Notes under the pieces: model-generated
The model's database searches: none
What the model was told of the DNA's origin: nothing
What the model saw: the letters and a program-made list of their open reading frames with translations, nothing else
Assembly: GCA_965153355.1 (NCBI GenBank)
Contig: OZ231126.1
Location: 24,924,001 to 24,988,000, forward strand
Direction of reading: 5' to 3'
DNA length: 64,000 nucleotides
DNA from: Flaccisagitta enflata
Lineage: Eukaryota
Shown: piece by piece, positions 12,934 through 25,404 of the stretch
Position numbering within the stretch: the first letter of the stretch is position 1
How the letters are laid out: every line of letters begins with the position of its first letter
Position numbers and translations under genes: made by a program

Positions 12934-13006
12934 TTGAAAGTCCTTCGGAATTGGCGCTTACTGTCACCACAAGAGTGAGCAAAATACTAGTAGCAGAATT
13001 TGACAT
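12934..13006 (-). CDS. Exon 1 (signal peptide) of secreted F5/8-type-C / F-type-lectin-like gene
   Basis: AAAAATG at 13006 reads MSNSATSILLTLVVTVSANSEGLS, with a hydrophobic core and a VSA cleavage-like site. It ends at the strong donor A|GTAAGT (12933) in phase 1, matching the phase-1 acceptor at 11732. Confidence 0.65.
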
Positions 13007-13240
13007 TTTTTCCGTTTCTACGGCTTGTGCAAGTGGCTAAAGCAGGTGAAGAAAAATTGAAGCAACTTGAGTTTGCTCGAAACTTCGGGTAAGAAAAAAG
13101 TCGAAGAAAAAGTATTATCACGAGGTAACGAACAGCTGCACAGCACAGCCCGCATGAACAACGAAAGAAGTTCACCGACAGAGGGAGAAAAAAAGAAAAA
13201 CAAGAGGAAAAAGAAAGAAGGAGATAAACAAGGCTAGATA

Positions 13241-13838
13241 CTACCTTGGAAATAAGTTTAGCATCAAAATGAGTGTCAGTTCATCTATTGCCTAGAATGA
13301 TACAAAAACATGTTCAAATAGTTGTCAATACTTGGTATGGTGTCCCTCCTTGCTAATCACTGCCTGCATTCTTGCCAGCATCGATTTGTACAAGGCTTTG
13401 AGGTAAGATGGCGTGACTTGTCACCACACCATCAATGCTATTCTTTTCTGGCCCTCAATTGAAGTATCGTGTTCCCGTCGCTGCATATTCTTTATCTGCG
13501 ACCAAAAATTTCCTATCAGATTAAGATCTGGCGAATTGCCAGGCCAATCCAGGAGGAGTTTGGTGCTGGGAATTGGCTGTGAAGTCCCCAGGCTCCAAGC
13601 TGCAATAAATTGGAGTAACATGTAAATGAACTGGCCATTTTTTTTGCAAAATCGCATTTGAAGGTTTTTACGTTTTCCGCTGTAACTTTTAAACGGCTTG
13701 AGCCAGTAATCTCCGGTTGGTCTACATTGAAAGATAATTCGATGTAGATCATTTTAGTCATGGATTTTTTATGGTTTCGTTGAGATTGAAGCGACTTATT
13801 CTTGGCTGAACTTGATGCTAAACTTATTTCCTAGGTAG
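13241..13838 (-). mobile_element. Internally deleted Tc1/mariner element
   Basis: TIRs CTACCTTGGAAATAAGTTTAGCATCAA / TTGATGCTAAACTTATTTCCTAGGTAG, with TA on both sides. Contains a transposase C-terminal remnant. Confidence 0.92.
13325..13565 (-). pseudogene. Tc1-family transposase C-terminal fragment
   Basis: LLDWPGNSPDLNLIGNFWSQIK...VW*QVTPSYLKALYKSMLARMQAVISKEGHHTKY* matches the WPxNSPDLNPIE and G..TKY hallmarks. There is an in-frame stop and the catalytic E has changed to G. Confidence 0.9.
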
Positions 13839-15936
13839 TACACAGGTCAAGACCAGGGGGGGGCCGGCAACCCCCCCCCCCCAACATGCCGTAAGAATCA
13901 ATTTTTTTCTTGTTTCAAACAAATTCATTTCCAACGAAGAAGAATCTGCTGCCAAATCAATTCTTACGGCCTATGAAGATAGCTAAAATTAATTTTAGTA
14001 ATATCAAAAATCAAGAAAACCAGATTGCAATGGCAATCATCACAGAAGAGGTTGAGGAAACATTTTATTGTTCTTAACAAAACGTAGCAAAGGATAACTC
14101 ATTAATGTTTCACTTCATCCTCAACTGCACTGTAACACGCAAAAATATGGTTATATTAGTAATCAAAGATTACAAATTAATCGGAGAATTTGTTTATAGT
14201 GACTTTTTCTGACCATAAAAAGTTCAAAAATCAAAACTAAGAGGTAGATTTCGTTCAATAGAAAATAGTCGTACCCTAATACAGCACTTTGGACATTATC
14301 AGCCTCCTTCCTCCTCTGGGTCAAGATGGTGCGCCTGCGCCTGGTGTTATTAATTCTTAGGCCTATTTCTAGCTCAATGACCCTAGCTCTATCCTTGGCT
14401 CTATTAGGCCTGTGCCAATCTCTATCAGTCCTAACCAATGCTGAATATGATTATGAACGAAATGACAAGGATTATGAATGATGAACGAGATCAGTTCTCA
14501 AGTGATTTCAGACATTTGCGGTTTTTCACTCAGACAGACGGATGGACGGACGGACAGATACACCAATCGACCAATCTATCAACCAACCGAAATGTCTCTG
14601 CAGAGCCTCTGATAGGGGTGCTACGCACTAAAAAGAGAAGAAAGAAAAAAGAAACAAGCCCGACCGGGCAACGATGCGTCCGGGCTGTGTCTCAGCGTGT
14701 ATTGATCATGTGACATGTGTATGGAGAGACAGATGGACGATCCAACGGGTGAAAAGACTCTCAAAACATGTTGGTTGATCATTTGTTTCAGTGTAGGATC
14801 TCACCGTGGCCAAAAACAGCCGAGAAACGCGTTTTTTGCACAGGCGTGACGGACGGACCGACCGACGGACCGACGGACCGACGGACGGACCGACCGACCG
14901 ACGGACGGACGGACCGACCGTCGGACGGACAGACCCTCTTATAGAGATGCGTTCGTGACGGACGCATCTAAAAAGAAAAGGGAGAAAACCAGTCGCCCAA
15001 GGGCAATATGTGGTCAGCGATATCCTTTGCCCTGCTTTGTTTGTAGGTGATTGTAGGTGATGGATAGCAGGGCAGCGGCCCCGAAGGGGATGATGTCCTG
15101 TAGAGGGGGACTTTTGCCCAATTGAGTTTTTGAGGCTGGGATTTGAGCCTCGAGGCTGGGATTTGAGCCTCGAGGCTGGGATTTGAGCCTCGAGGCTGGG
15201 ATTTGAGCCTCGAGGCTGAAATTTGAGCCTCAAGGCTGAGATCTGAGCCTCGAGGCTAGGATTTGAGCCTTAAGGCTGGGATCTGAGCCTCGAGGCTGGG
15301 ATTTGAGCCTGAAGGCTGGGAATTGAGCTTGAAGGCTGAGATTTTAGCCCGATGGCTGGGATTTGAGCCTCAAGGTTGGGATTTGAGCCTCAAGGCTGGG
15401 GTTTGAGCCTTGAGGCTGAGATTTGAGCCTCGAGGCTGGGATTTGAGCCTTGAGCTGGGGATTTGAGCCTTTTGGCTGGGATTTGAGCCTCAAGGCTAAG
15501 ATTTGAGCCTTGATCCTGGGATTCCGGTCTTGAGGTCAGGATTTTAGCTTGAAGCTTGGATTTGAGCCTCGAGGCTTAGGGGGGGGGAGGGAAGCACGCA
15601 CGTACAACGAAAGTCCCCCTTTTTGGGCAGCGGCCCCAAAGGGCCGATGTCCTGTAGGACAAAGGGGGAATTTTGAGATGTCCGTCCTTCCGTCCTTCCG
15701 TCCGTCCGTCCGTCCGTCCGTCCGTCCCCCCCTTGGTCATTGGGGGCCTCAATTTTGCTCTCTCAGGCCTGATTTTGGCCCTCTGAGCCATCAGAATAGG
15801 CTGAATAGCCCTCTCAGACCTCAATTTAGCCCTTGAAACCTTAAATCAGCTCTCCAGACCTGATACCTGCCTTCCAGACCTCAAATTAGCCCTCCATACC
15901 CCAAATCAACCCTCCAGGCCTCACATCAGCTCTTTA

Positions 15937-18900
15937 CACACTGTCCCCGTTAGCCCTATAAAGTCAGGCATCAATGTCCCCTCATCAGAGCATGTTTCCA
16001 GTGTTTTATGATGTGTTGGGACTTGAAATAGCTTGCTGGCAAATTTTTTCTCACGCGGAGATTTTTTTAATCAGGAAAAAAGTCAGTATTTGACTTTTTG
16101 ACATATTCAAGAAAAACAGGGCTTTTATTTTCTAATGAGGAAGTTGGGGAACTCGTAGGGCTGATTGCACCCTCGGACAAAATCGATAGGGTAAGTAAAT
16201 TTGATAATTCTCTTTCATTTGGCGCCAAGCGGAATGCTCTACAGCAAATACTTTTCGCGTTATGAATTTTTGAATGTTTATTTACGAAAAATTAAAATTG
16301 AATTTTTTCCCGATTTTTCATGATTTAGAAACGGATCAATAAAAGAGTGTATTTGAGTTTGTTTGAGCACGCAAATACGTGAAAACATGTTTACGAGCAT
16401 AGCTGCTCATCTCTGAGGGTGTTTTGGAGCATTTTAGCTCATTTAGCTCATTTAGCTCAGTTTTTTTTCTTGATATTAAATGCAACAAATGAATAAATAT
16501 TTTGAAACACATTTGAGCAGGCAGCTACAAGAGAGCATGTCAGCAAGCAGACCAGCATTTTAGCTCATTTAGCTCATTTAGCTTACTTTTTAGTTGCGGA
16601 TACGCAACTCTAAAAGAGCCTTTGTCTGTCCGTCCATTGGTCCGTTGATTCTTCCCTCTGTTGGTCCGTGAGCACGAGTTGAAAAATGTGCTTTCCTAAC
16701 TTTTAATAGGATGAATAAATGTTTTAATTGAGCATGCAAATACAAGAAAGCATTTCAGTGAGCATAGCTGGATATCTGGTTGAGTGATTTTGAGTATTTT
16801 TACTTATCTAGCTGATTTGGCTCAGTTCTATTTTTCTTTGATTTTCAGTGCAATCAATACATAAAATTGCTCTTAATTTGATCTAACAAATTCAAAAAAT
16901 GCAGGGACTGAAAATAAAAGCTTGGTGAGAAGTGACCAATGCTTACAATTTTTTTCCTCACGGCAACAGCGACTTCTTGTATCATAAATCTGACCTTTCA
17001 GGCCCAAAATGAACTTTTTGGATCCCTTTTTGAGCGGCGGCCTCAAAGGAGATAAAGTCTTGTGGAACACAGGGCAACTTTTGTTTGTCTGTTTATTTGT
17101 TTATTTATCCATCCCTTTGTCCCCCAGGCCTCCTCAGGCCTGGAATCTGCCCTCTCACGCCTGAAATATGCCAGTTCATGCCCAAAATCTGCCCTCTCAG
17201 GCCTTGAATCTGCCCTCTCAGGCCTAGATTCTGCCCTCCCAGGCCTTGAATCTGCCTTCCCAGGCCTAGAGGCCCTCTAGAGGCTAGAGGCCCAAATCCT
17301 AGTCTCAAGGCACAAATCCTAGTCTCGAGGCCCAAATCCTAACCTGGTGGCCTAAACCCTAGCATCGAGGCTCAAATCCTAAGCTTGAGACTCAAATCCC
17401 AGCCTCGAGGCTCAAATCCCAGCCATGAGGCTCAAATACCAGTCTCAAGGCTCAAATCCTAGCCACGAGGCTCATATCCCAGTCTCCAGGCCCTAATTCC
17501 AGCCTTGAAGTTCAAATAAAAACAGCATAGGTCACCGACCCCTTTGGGGCTGCTGCCCCTCTAACCACCACACCCACATACACTCATAGGGGCAATGGGT
17601 ACTGCCGTCCATCTGACGCTTTTGCGACTATTTTTATTAGTCTGTCAGTCTACTTGTCAGTCTTATTGTTAGTCTGTCAGTCTGTCCATCCCCCCCCCTT
17701 GGTCAAGACTCTTAGGCCTCAAATCAGGCCTCTGTTGTCAAATCAAGCCTCTTATGCCTCAAATCAGGCCCCTCAGACCTCCAATCAGGCCTTTCAGGCC
17801 TCTAATTAGGCCTCTCAGGCCTCTAACCGGCTAAGCTATTTCAGGCTTCAAAGCAGTTCTTTATAGCCTTTCAGGCCTCTATTCAGTCCTCTTAGGCCTC
17901 AAATAGACCTTTCAAGCTTCAAATCAGCTCTCTCAAGCATGAAACTGGCCCCCTTAAGCCTCACATCAGCCTTCACAGACCTTGAATCAGCCTCCTTAGG
18001 CATCAAATCCACCCCTTCAGGCCTCAATTAAACCCTCACAGGCTTCAAATCAGCCTACAAACAAGCTCTACAAACAGCCTTAATCCTTCAGGCTTTTTAG
18101 GCCCTCAATCAGCCATCTGCAGCATTTCTAATTAGGGATCCTAGAAGCTTGAAAACATTTCAAGTGGGAGACTAGGCCGCAATTACAATGCTATTTCAGA
18201 AATAATTAGAGAAAATTGAAGATCTTCAATTTTTTGGGCCGCAATTACAATGCTATTTGAGGAATAATTAGAAAAAATTGAAGATCTTCAATTTTTTTCA
18301 ATTTTGATATTGAATGTATTCACCCTTTTGCCTCCCATTTCTAAACAATTTTAGCTACAAATGCTTAATTGCACTTATCTTGTAATTTTTTTGATGAAGA
18401 TTAATTTTTTTTTAAAGTTTACTAGCTATTCTTTAAGCTGACCCTAAGCATTGTTTTAGAACTACAACCACCCATTCATTCTCAAATGCTAATATGTCAT
18501 ACCAGTAATGGCGGCTGTCGCCGTGACGAAAAAAGTTGTAAGCATTGGTTACTTTTCACCAAGCTTTTATTTTCAGTCCCTGTATTTTTAGATATGTTAG
18601 ATCAAATTAAGAGCAATTTTATGTGTTGATTGCACTGAAAATCAATGAAAAATAGAACTGAGCCAAATGAGCTAGATGAGCAAAAATACTCAACATCACT
18701 CAACCAGATATCCAGCTATGCTCACTGAAATGCTTTCTGGCATTTGCATGCTTAATTAAAAGTTAGAAAAAAAACTAAATGAGCTAAATGCTAAAATGTT
18801 GGTCTACTCACTAAACTTTCTTGTTGCTGCTTGCTTAAATGTGTTTCAAAATATTTATTCATTTGTTGCAAAAAACTGAGCTAATTGAGCTAAATGAGCT

Positions 18901-19396
18901 AAAATGCTCCAAAACACCCTCATAGATGAGCAGCTATGCTTGTAATTATGTTTTCATGTATTTGCATGCTCAAAAAAACTCAAATACACTCCTTCATTGA
19001 TTCTATTCAAAATCATGAAAAATCAAAAAATTAAATTTGAATTTTTCGTAAATAAATCTTTTAAAATTTATAACGCAAAAAATATTTGCTGTAGAGCATT
19101 CTGCTTGGCGCCAAATAAAAGAGAATTATCAAATTTACTTACCCTATCAATTTCATCCGAGAGTGCAATCAGCCCTATGAGTTCCCCAACTTCCTCAACA
19201 GAAAATAAAAGCCCTGTTTCTCTTGAATATGTCAAAAAGTCGAAGACTGACTTTTTTCCTGATTAAAAAAATCTCCGCGTGAGAAAAAATTTGCCAGCAT
19301 GCTATTTCAAGTCCCAACACATCATAAAACACTAAAAACATGGCCTGATGAGGGGACATTGATGCCTGACTTTATAGGGCTAACGGGGACAGTGTG
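15937..19396. mobile_element. Long-TIR element with CAC...GTG termini and 4-bp TSD (Chapaev/CMC-like, non-autonomous)
   Basis: CACACTGTCCCCGTTAGCCCTATAAAGTCAGGCATC and its inverse ending at 19396. Arms of ~0.9-1 kb (15937-16970 vs 18513-19396). TTTA on both flanks. Confidence 0.85.
17027..17635 (+). mobile_element. Chimeric GGGCAGCGGCCCC-family element (type-i head, type-ii tail)
   Basis: Carries the 21-bp satellite then the 20-bp satellite, and the tail ...ACGCTTTTGCGACTATT. Confidence 0.6.
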
Positions 19397-21408
19397 TTTA
19401 GGCTTCAAATTTGTCCTCTGGGCCTCGAGCCTGCCCCTCAAACCTCAAATCTACTCTTTTGAACCTTATTCTGCCCTCTAGGCTTCAAAACCGCCTTCAA
19501 TGACCTCTATCCATCTTCTCAGACCAAATATACCTCAGGACGTCTCGAAATTCCCCCCTGTGTCCTACAGGACATCGGCCCTTTGGGGCCGCTGCCCTGC
19601 TCTCTCTCCACTACTTCACTTGATCACTCCAAGCAGAGCATCGGGTACCGCTGACCATGTGCGATCCTTGGATGACTAGTTTCTACAGGACATCGTCCCC
19701 TTCGGGGCCGCTGCCCAAAAAGGGGGAAAAAGAAATTTGGATCAACCAAGATATCAATCTAATGTATTTCTAGTACCATGACTGCCCCAGACATTGAAGT
19801 CTTAAGTTTAGCTCGACAATCTGCAACACTCTGGACGTGCTGTGAAAAGGTTACACTAATGCATTTTTGGGGGGGCCTTGTTCATTCAAGTGCCATGGGC
19901 CTCGCAAATGGTTGATCCGATATCACCGGGATAGCGAAATATCGATTTCCATCTGTAATTTTCTTTCCCCTCAATAATTGTGTTTTTTAGATGCGTCCTC
20001 GAATCTCTATGATAGGCAGTGTCCATTGGTTGGTTGGTAAGTCGGTTGATTGGTTGGTCGGTCGGGTTTAGCCATTCTTCAAAAACAATAAAATCATGCA
20101 TTTTTTCAACAGAAAAGTGGGCCTAATCTCGTAAAATTAGCATACAGTTGATAATCAATTCATTAAATCATATATTCATTCATAAAAAACATTCATTCAT
20201 AAAAAAATTCATTCATAGAAAAACATTCACTTACAAAAAACATTCATTCAAAGAGAACGCATCGCTGGCCTACTCGGCCTTGTTTCTCAATCGTAACGCA
20301 CCTAAATCATCGGATTTTGTAGCTGCAGCCTTTTTCACATCCGTATAAAAATATTGACTGAAAGTCGCATCGTACCGGCATTTATAAGTTAAGCACAGTT
20401 TTGATAAGAAATACAAATTCCCTCGCTTGTAAGTTCCTTCATTCTTCAAAAGCCGATCCTTCTCGAACACATTTTGACAGTATCAATTAGCCAAACAATA
20501 CAACGGGGGCGTGAACCGCCAACTCTGAAATGCGGGAAAGTCAAGTTTCGAATCGATTGTCACGCGACAATTCGGGTTTTAAGAATTTAGTTATTGACCA
20601 TCATTGATTGATAACGTTGAGGAAGGTAAAATCTTTATTTTGCTTTTCTTTCTTTCTTAAATTCTTTTTTTCAGTAAATGATAAAACATAAAAATGTATG
20701 TGTGACATGTCAGGATTTCAGAAAAAGAAATACCATCGACGGTTACAGTGATCAGTGATCATATCTAGTACCCTCAATCCAATAAAACACAAATTTTTTA
20801 TTTTAAAAAGATTTCTTCCCGATATCTTGTCATTGAATCACGAGACATGTTGATACAATTTTGCGTCAGCAGAGCTCACCTTGATAAAATGATGCCACAC
20901 AAAAAAGAGTTAACCTCAACGATTTTATAATTCATATGATAGCATACCTAGAAGACAACTCCTTCAGAGGTCGTGTTCGATTCTTCAATTATCATATCCT
21001 GAAGTCGACTCTTTAATAGAAATTTTCACGGGTATTTCTCTTTCACGAAATCAGGACGCGTCGACCTCAATGTAGAATATCCATATTTGGCCTAGTTTGT
21101 GGTATCGGATGAAGACAAGATATAACTTTGTCTGTATTTGCTCAAAAGACACTTCAAATACATGGCATGATAATATCGTATACATATGTTGAGATTTAAT
21201 GTGGTGACAACGATTTGAAACTTTATAAAAGTCTAGGTCATTAGTCACGGAGTCTGATTATCACGAGCCTTACAAGGAATTCACGAATATTGTTTCATAA
21301 CATTCAAGTTTTTCCCTTAGACACTGTAACGCCGTTTTTCGTAGCTGGCATGATTTACGGTTTGACGCTTTTGTTTTCAGTCAAAGTCCCGCTTCCCAGT
21401 GTAAGAAC

Positions 21409-23722
21409 AACAAGCCCAACAGGCCAACAGTCGCGTGCTAAGTTACACAAAACTACACAACTTCATACTACACACAACTACATGATGATGATGATGATGT
21501 GTGCAACAATTTATTCTACATAAAACTCATACAATTATCCAAATGAGAAACATTTAACTTTAAAGAAAATCTGAAAAAATACGAACATTTATATAGTGTA
21601 AGCTTCCATTACATACACATACATACCTAATATATGGTTTTTTGAAACGCTATCAAAATTCCTCAGGTATATACTTTTTACTAAATGTGTCATATTTCTT
21701 CTATTTAAAACAAAATTTTAAGTGTATTTTAAAAAAACATATAAAAAATATTTTAGGGGAAGGGTATTGTTAGAGCTGTCCTCTGGCATTGATCGGGACC
21801 ATCAACTCAGCCCAATTTTGGTTAAAATTACCTAACTGAAAAAAAAGGAACCAGGGTGTCCATATCCCCAGCTGAGCCCCTTTATCCTAATTAGGGGTGG
21901 GAGAAAAATTTTACTAAAATTGGTTAAGGTTATATTATTAGTGATTAAAGGGAAAAAGCCTTCATCTTCAAAGAAGATATATCATGGGATGATAGGTCAC
22001 CATGAGGGGTAAAAGGTTTTGTACATGTCCATAAAAATTAATAAAAATTGATATAATTAATATAATTTGATATAATAACAAACCATTCAGCTTCTGGTCA
22101 TCAGTTGGTGTCCTGTACCCAAAAAAGGGTTTCGCCATATATACATATATATTAAAATACACATGTGTATATTCACCAAGACCCAAGTACAGGTGGGGCA
22201 CACCTTGAAGGTGTCCTTCACTGCATGGTTACCTACATAACTTCATACTACATACTTAACATACTACATACTACAACTTACTTACATACCACATACATAC
22301 GGTACATACTTACCTAATTACATACTTTATTTACATACTACATACATACATACATATTTATACATACTTACATACATACTACATACTACATCTTACATAC
22401 CCATTATACTTGCCACATACATCTTACCACATACTTACCTATAACTACATACTTATATACTTTTTACATACCCACATACTTATACACATACCACTTACGA
22501 CACATACATACATACATACATATATACATACATACATACTTTCTTACTTACATACTTACATACATATATATACATACTTACATATTACATAGCACATACA
22601 TACATACCTACATACTTACTTACATACCTACATACCTACACATATTACATACATACTTACCTACATACATACTCACATACTTACATACTTACCTACTTAC
22701 CTACATACATACTTACTTATGCCCATACACATACTTACTTCTTTACTTACCTTACATACTTACATATTGCCACATGCTTACATACTTACACTTACATACT
22801 ATGTATTACATACCTACATACTTACATACTTACATACTTACATGCTTACATACTTATATACCTACATACTTACCACATACTTACATACCTACATACTTAC
22901 TACATACTCACATACTTACATACTTACCTACTTACATACTTACATACATACATACATACTTACCTACATGCCTACATACTCACATACTTACATACTTACC
23001 TCACATACTCACATGTATACATACCCATACTAACTTACATACTTCCTACTTACATACTTACATACTTACTTACATACTTACATACTTTCTTACATACTTA
23101 CATACCTACTTACATACTTACATGCCCACATACTTACCTACATACTCACATATACACTTACATCCACATACATTTATACTTACATACTTACCTACACATA
23201 CTTACATACACCTACATACTTACATACTTACATACTTACTTACTTACATGCTTACATACCCATTCTTACATATACTACTTGCTTACATACCACATAACCA
23301 TACTACAACTTCATACTACATAACGTCTGTCCCAAAAAAAGTTACATTCTGAACCAATAACGAGTGTCCAATAAAAAGTTCCCATAATACCCAAAAATAC
23401 CCAAAAATACCCAAAAATACCCAAAAACACCCCAAAACACCTAAAAATACCCATACATACTCAAAAATACTCAAAAGTACCCAAAAATATCTGAAAGTAC
23501 CCTAAAATACCTTAAGTACCTAAAATAACTTAAGTACCCTAAAGTACCCTGAAGTACCCTAAAGTACCCAGAAATACCCTAGAGTACCTTAAAATACCTT
23601 AAAAGACCTTAAAAAGTCATAATTATAAAAACGTGACCTACCGACCTACCGACCGACCGACCGACCGACCGACCTACCGACCGACACGGCAAGGTGTAGA
23701 GTCGCGTGCACGCGACTAAAAA
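21409..23722 (-). mobile_element. Large HINE-like element carrying (TACA)n and 10-bp satellites
   Basis: Ends AACAAGCCCAAC...AGTCGCGTGC and GTAGAGTCGCGTGCACGCGACTAAAAA, the same end types as 775-1172. (TACA)n at 22230-23320 and AAAATACCC repeats at 23385-23615. Confidence 0.65.
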
Positions 23723-23964
23723 CAAAAGATGAATGAAGGAAGGAAAGGTCAATAAACTACTATAATTTAGATGCGTCCACATATAAGGGTTTATTCAAAT
23801 CAAGCTTACGTGCTATGCCTATGACTCGGCAGTCTCGGAACTTTTCTCATCTCTGCTAAAAATTGACTTTGCTGTCATACAAACGGTACAATGCCGGACA
23901 AGGCCTCTTATAGAATCGCTAGTCAGCGACTAAAATGGGAGTACATAAAATGAAGAAAGAAAAA

Positions 23965-23995
<31 letters not shown>

Positions 23996-24012
23996 CAAGA
24001 AAGCAAGAAAGC

Positions 24013-24071
<59 letters not shown>

Positions 24072-25269
24072 GAAGAAAGAAAGACACAAAGCAGATGTAC
24101 AGGAGCTGTGACAAGACAGACAGTGACAGAGACAGAGACAGAGACTGAGGGCGAATGACGAATGAGTGAAAGGGTGTGAATGGTTCGAATGACGAATGAG
24201 TGAAAGGGTGTGAATGGTTCGCATCAGTTTACAGATTTCAAAACATGCGGGCAATACCAGACGAAAAATGTTTAGTGCACCGGCATCACTACCAACCAAA
24301 AAAACCAAGGGAAAAGATTCACTTTTTAGTCGCTGGTTGAGCAACTCTTATAGGTGTGGTACAGTAGTAAAGAAGGTACAACGCAAAGTTAGTGGTGATA
24401 AGACTGAAACAGTGATTCCTGAGCATCTGAGTATCACTAACCCTACCCAGCCACATTACAGCCTCCGACCTGTCCCATACTGCTCCTGTCAAGCAGCATT
24501 ACTGCCCACTAGCCAATGGATGCTTATTCGCCAAGTGTCTGGCCTTGTTCTCTAGAAATTGTATCCATCATAATCAGCTTCCCAAGTGGCATGCGGGTGG
24601 ACAGGGGCAATGATAGCAAAAGCAGTTACACAAAAAACGCTCGTAAACGCCAAAAAAGCAGAGTGTGATGGACGGAGAGACCGACAAAATGTCAGTTATA
24701 GTCACGTGCTCGCGACTAAAAATCTGAGTATCAAATATTGTGTACAACGCTTTGATTATAATGAATGTTTGCCATCATTAAAGTGATACAAAATTTACTG
24801 GTAGAACATTTGAAATGAGCGAAACGGTCAATTCTGATATCTATCATCATTATTATCACCTCTCATGCTTTACCATATTCATTTTTATTCTGTTACTCAT
24901 TCATTCATTCATCTATTCATTCATTCATTCATTGATATGTTAATGCATTCATTCATTCACTCATTTATTCATTTATTCATTCTTTTACTCATTAATTTAC
25001 TAATTCATTTAAAACTTTCATTTGAAAATTCTTAATTGGCGAGGTTCATCTATTGGCCATTACTTGATTATCTTTATCATTGGTTTTTATCGTAATTTAA
25101 ATCAATTTTCAGTTTTTACACAATAGCGTAAAACTTCATCACAAAGTGCTTTCTCGCACTTTTTTCTGGCTTTTTACTCCGGTTGTGCAAATGAAATTCC
25201 TTGGTTTCCACAGGCGAAGAAATCAGGAGTTCGGAGTCAGATTCGATCCATCCGCGGGCAGCTTCCTCA

Positions 25270-25404
25270 ATTCCGCTGTTCCTTCGTAATCCGCCCTCAA
25301 AAAAATCAAACATTGTCCAAATCCGAGATTAAAGTCTACGAGGAATCCGAGAGCGAAGAAAGAAGTTTGAAGTACGTTTCAACTCATTCCTCAACAAACC
25401 AAAG
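25270..25404 (+). other. Putative non-coding 5' exon of thymosin paralog 1 (5' boundary uncertain)
   Basis: Homologous to 35976-36099. Similarity stops exactly at the donor CAAAG|GTAAAA (25405). Splicing gives the ACCAAAG-ATG start context. Confidence 0.6.

Larger units (their letters stand above)
14988..19720 (-). mobile_element. GGGCAGCGGCCCC-family element split by a nested type-iii copy (15620-19682, +)
   Basis: Its head repeat is broken at AAAGTCCCCCT|...|TTCTACAGGAC. Contains the 20-bp satellite GAGCCTCGAGGCTGGGATTT at 15130-15575. Confidence 0.75.
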
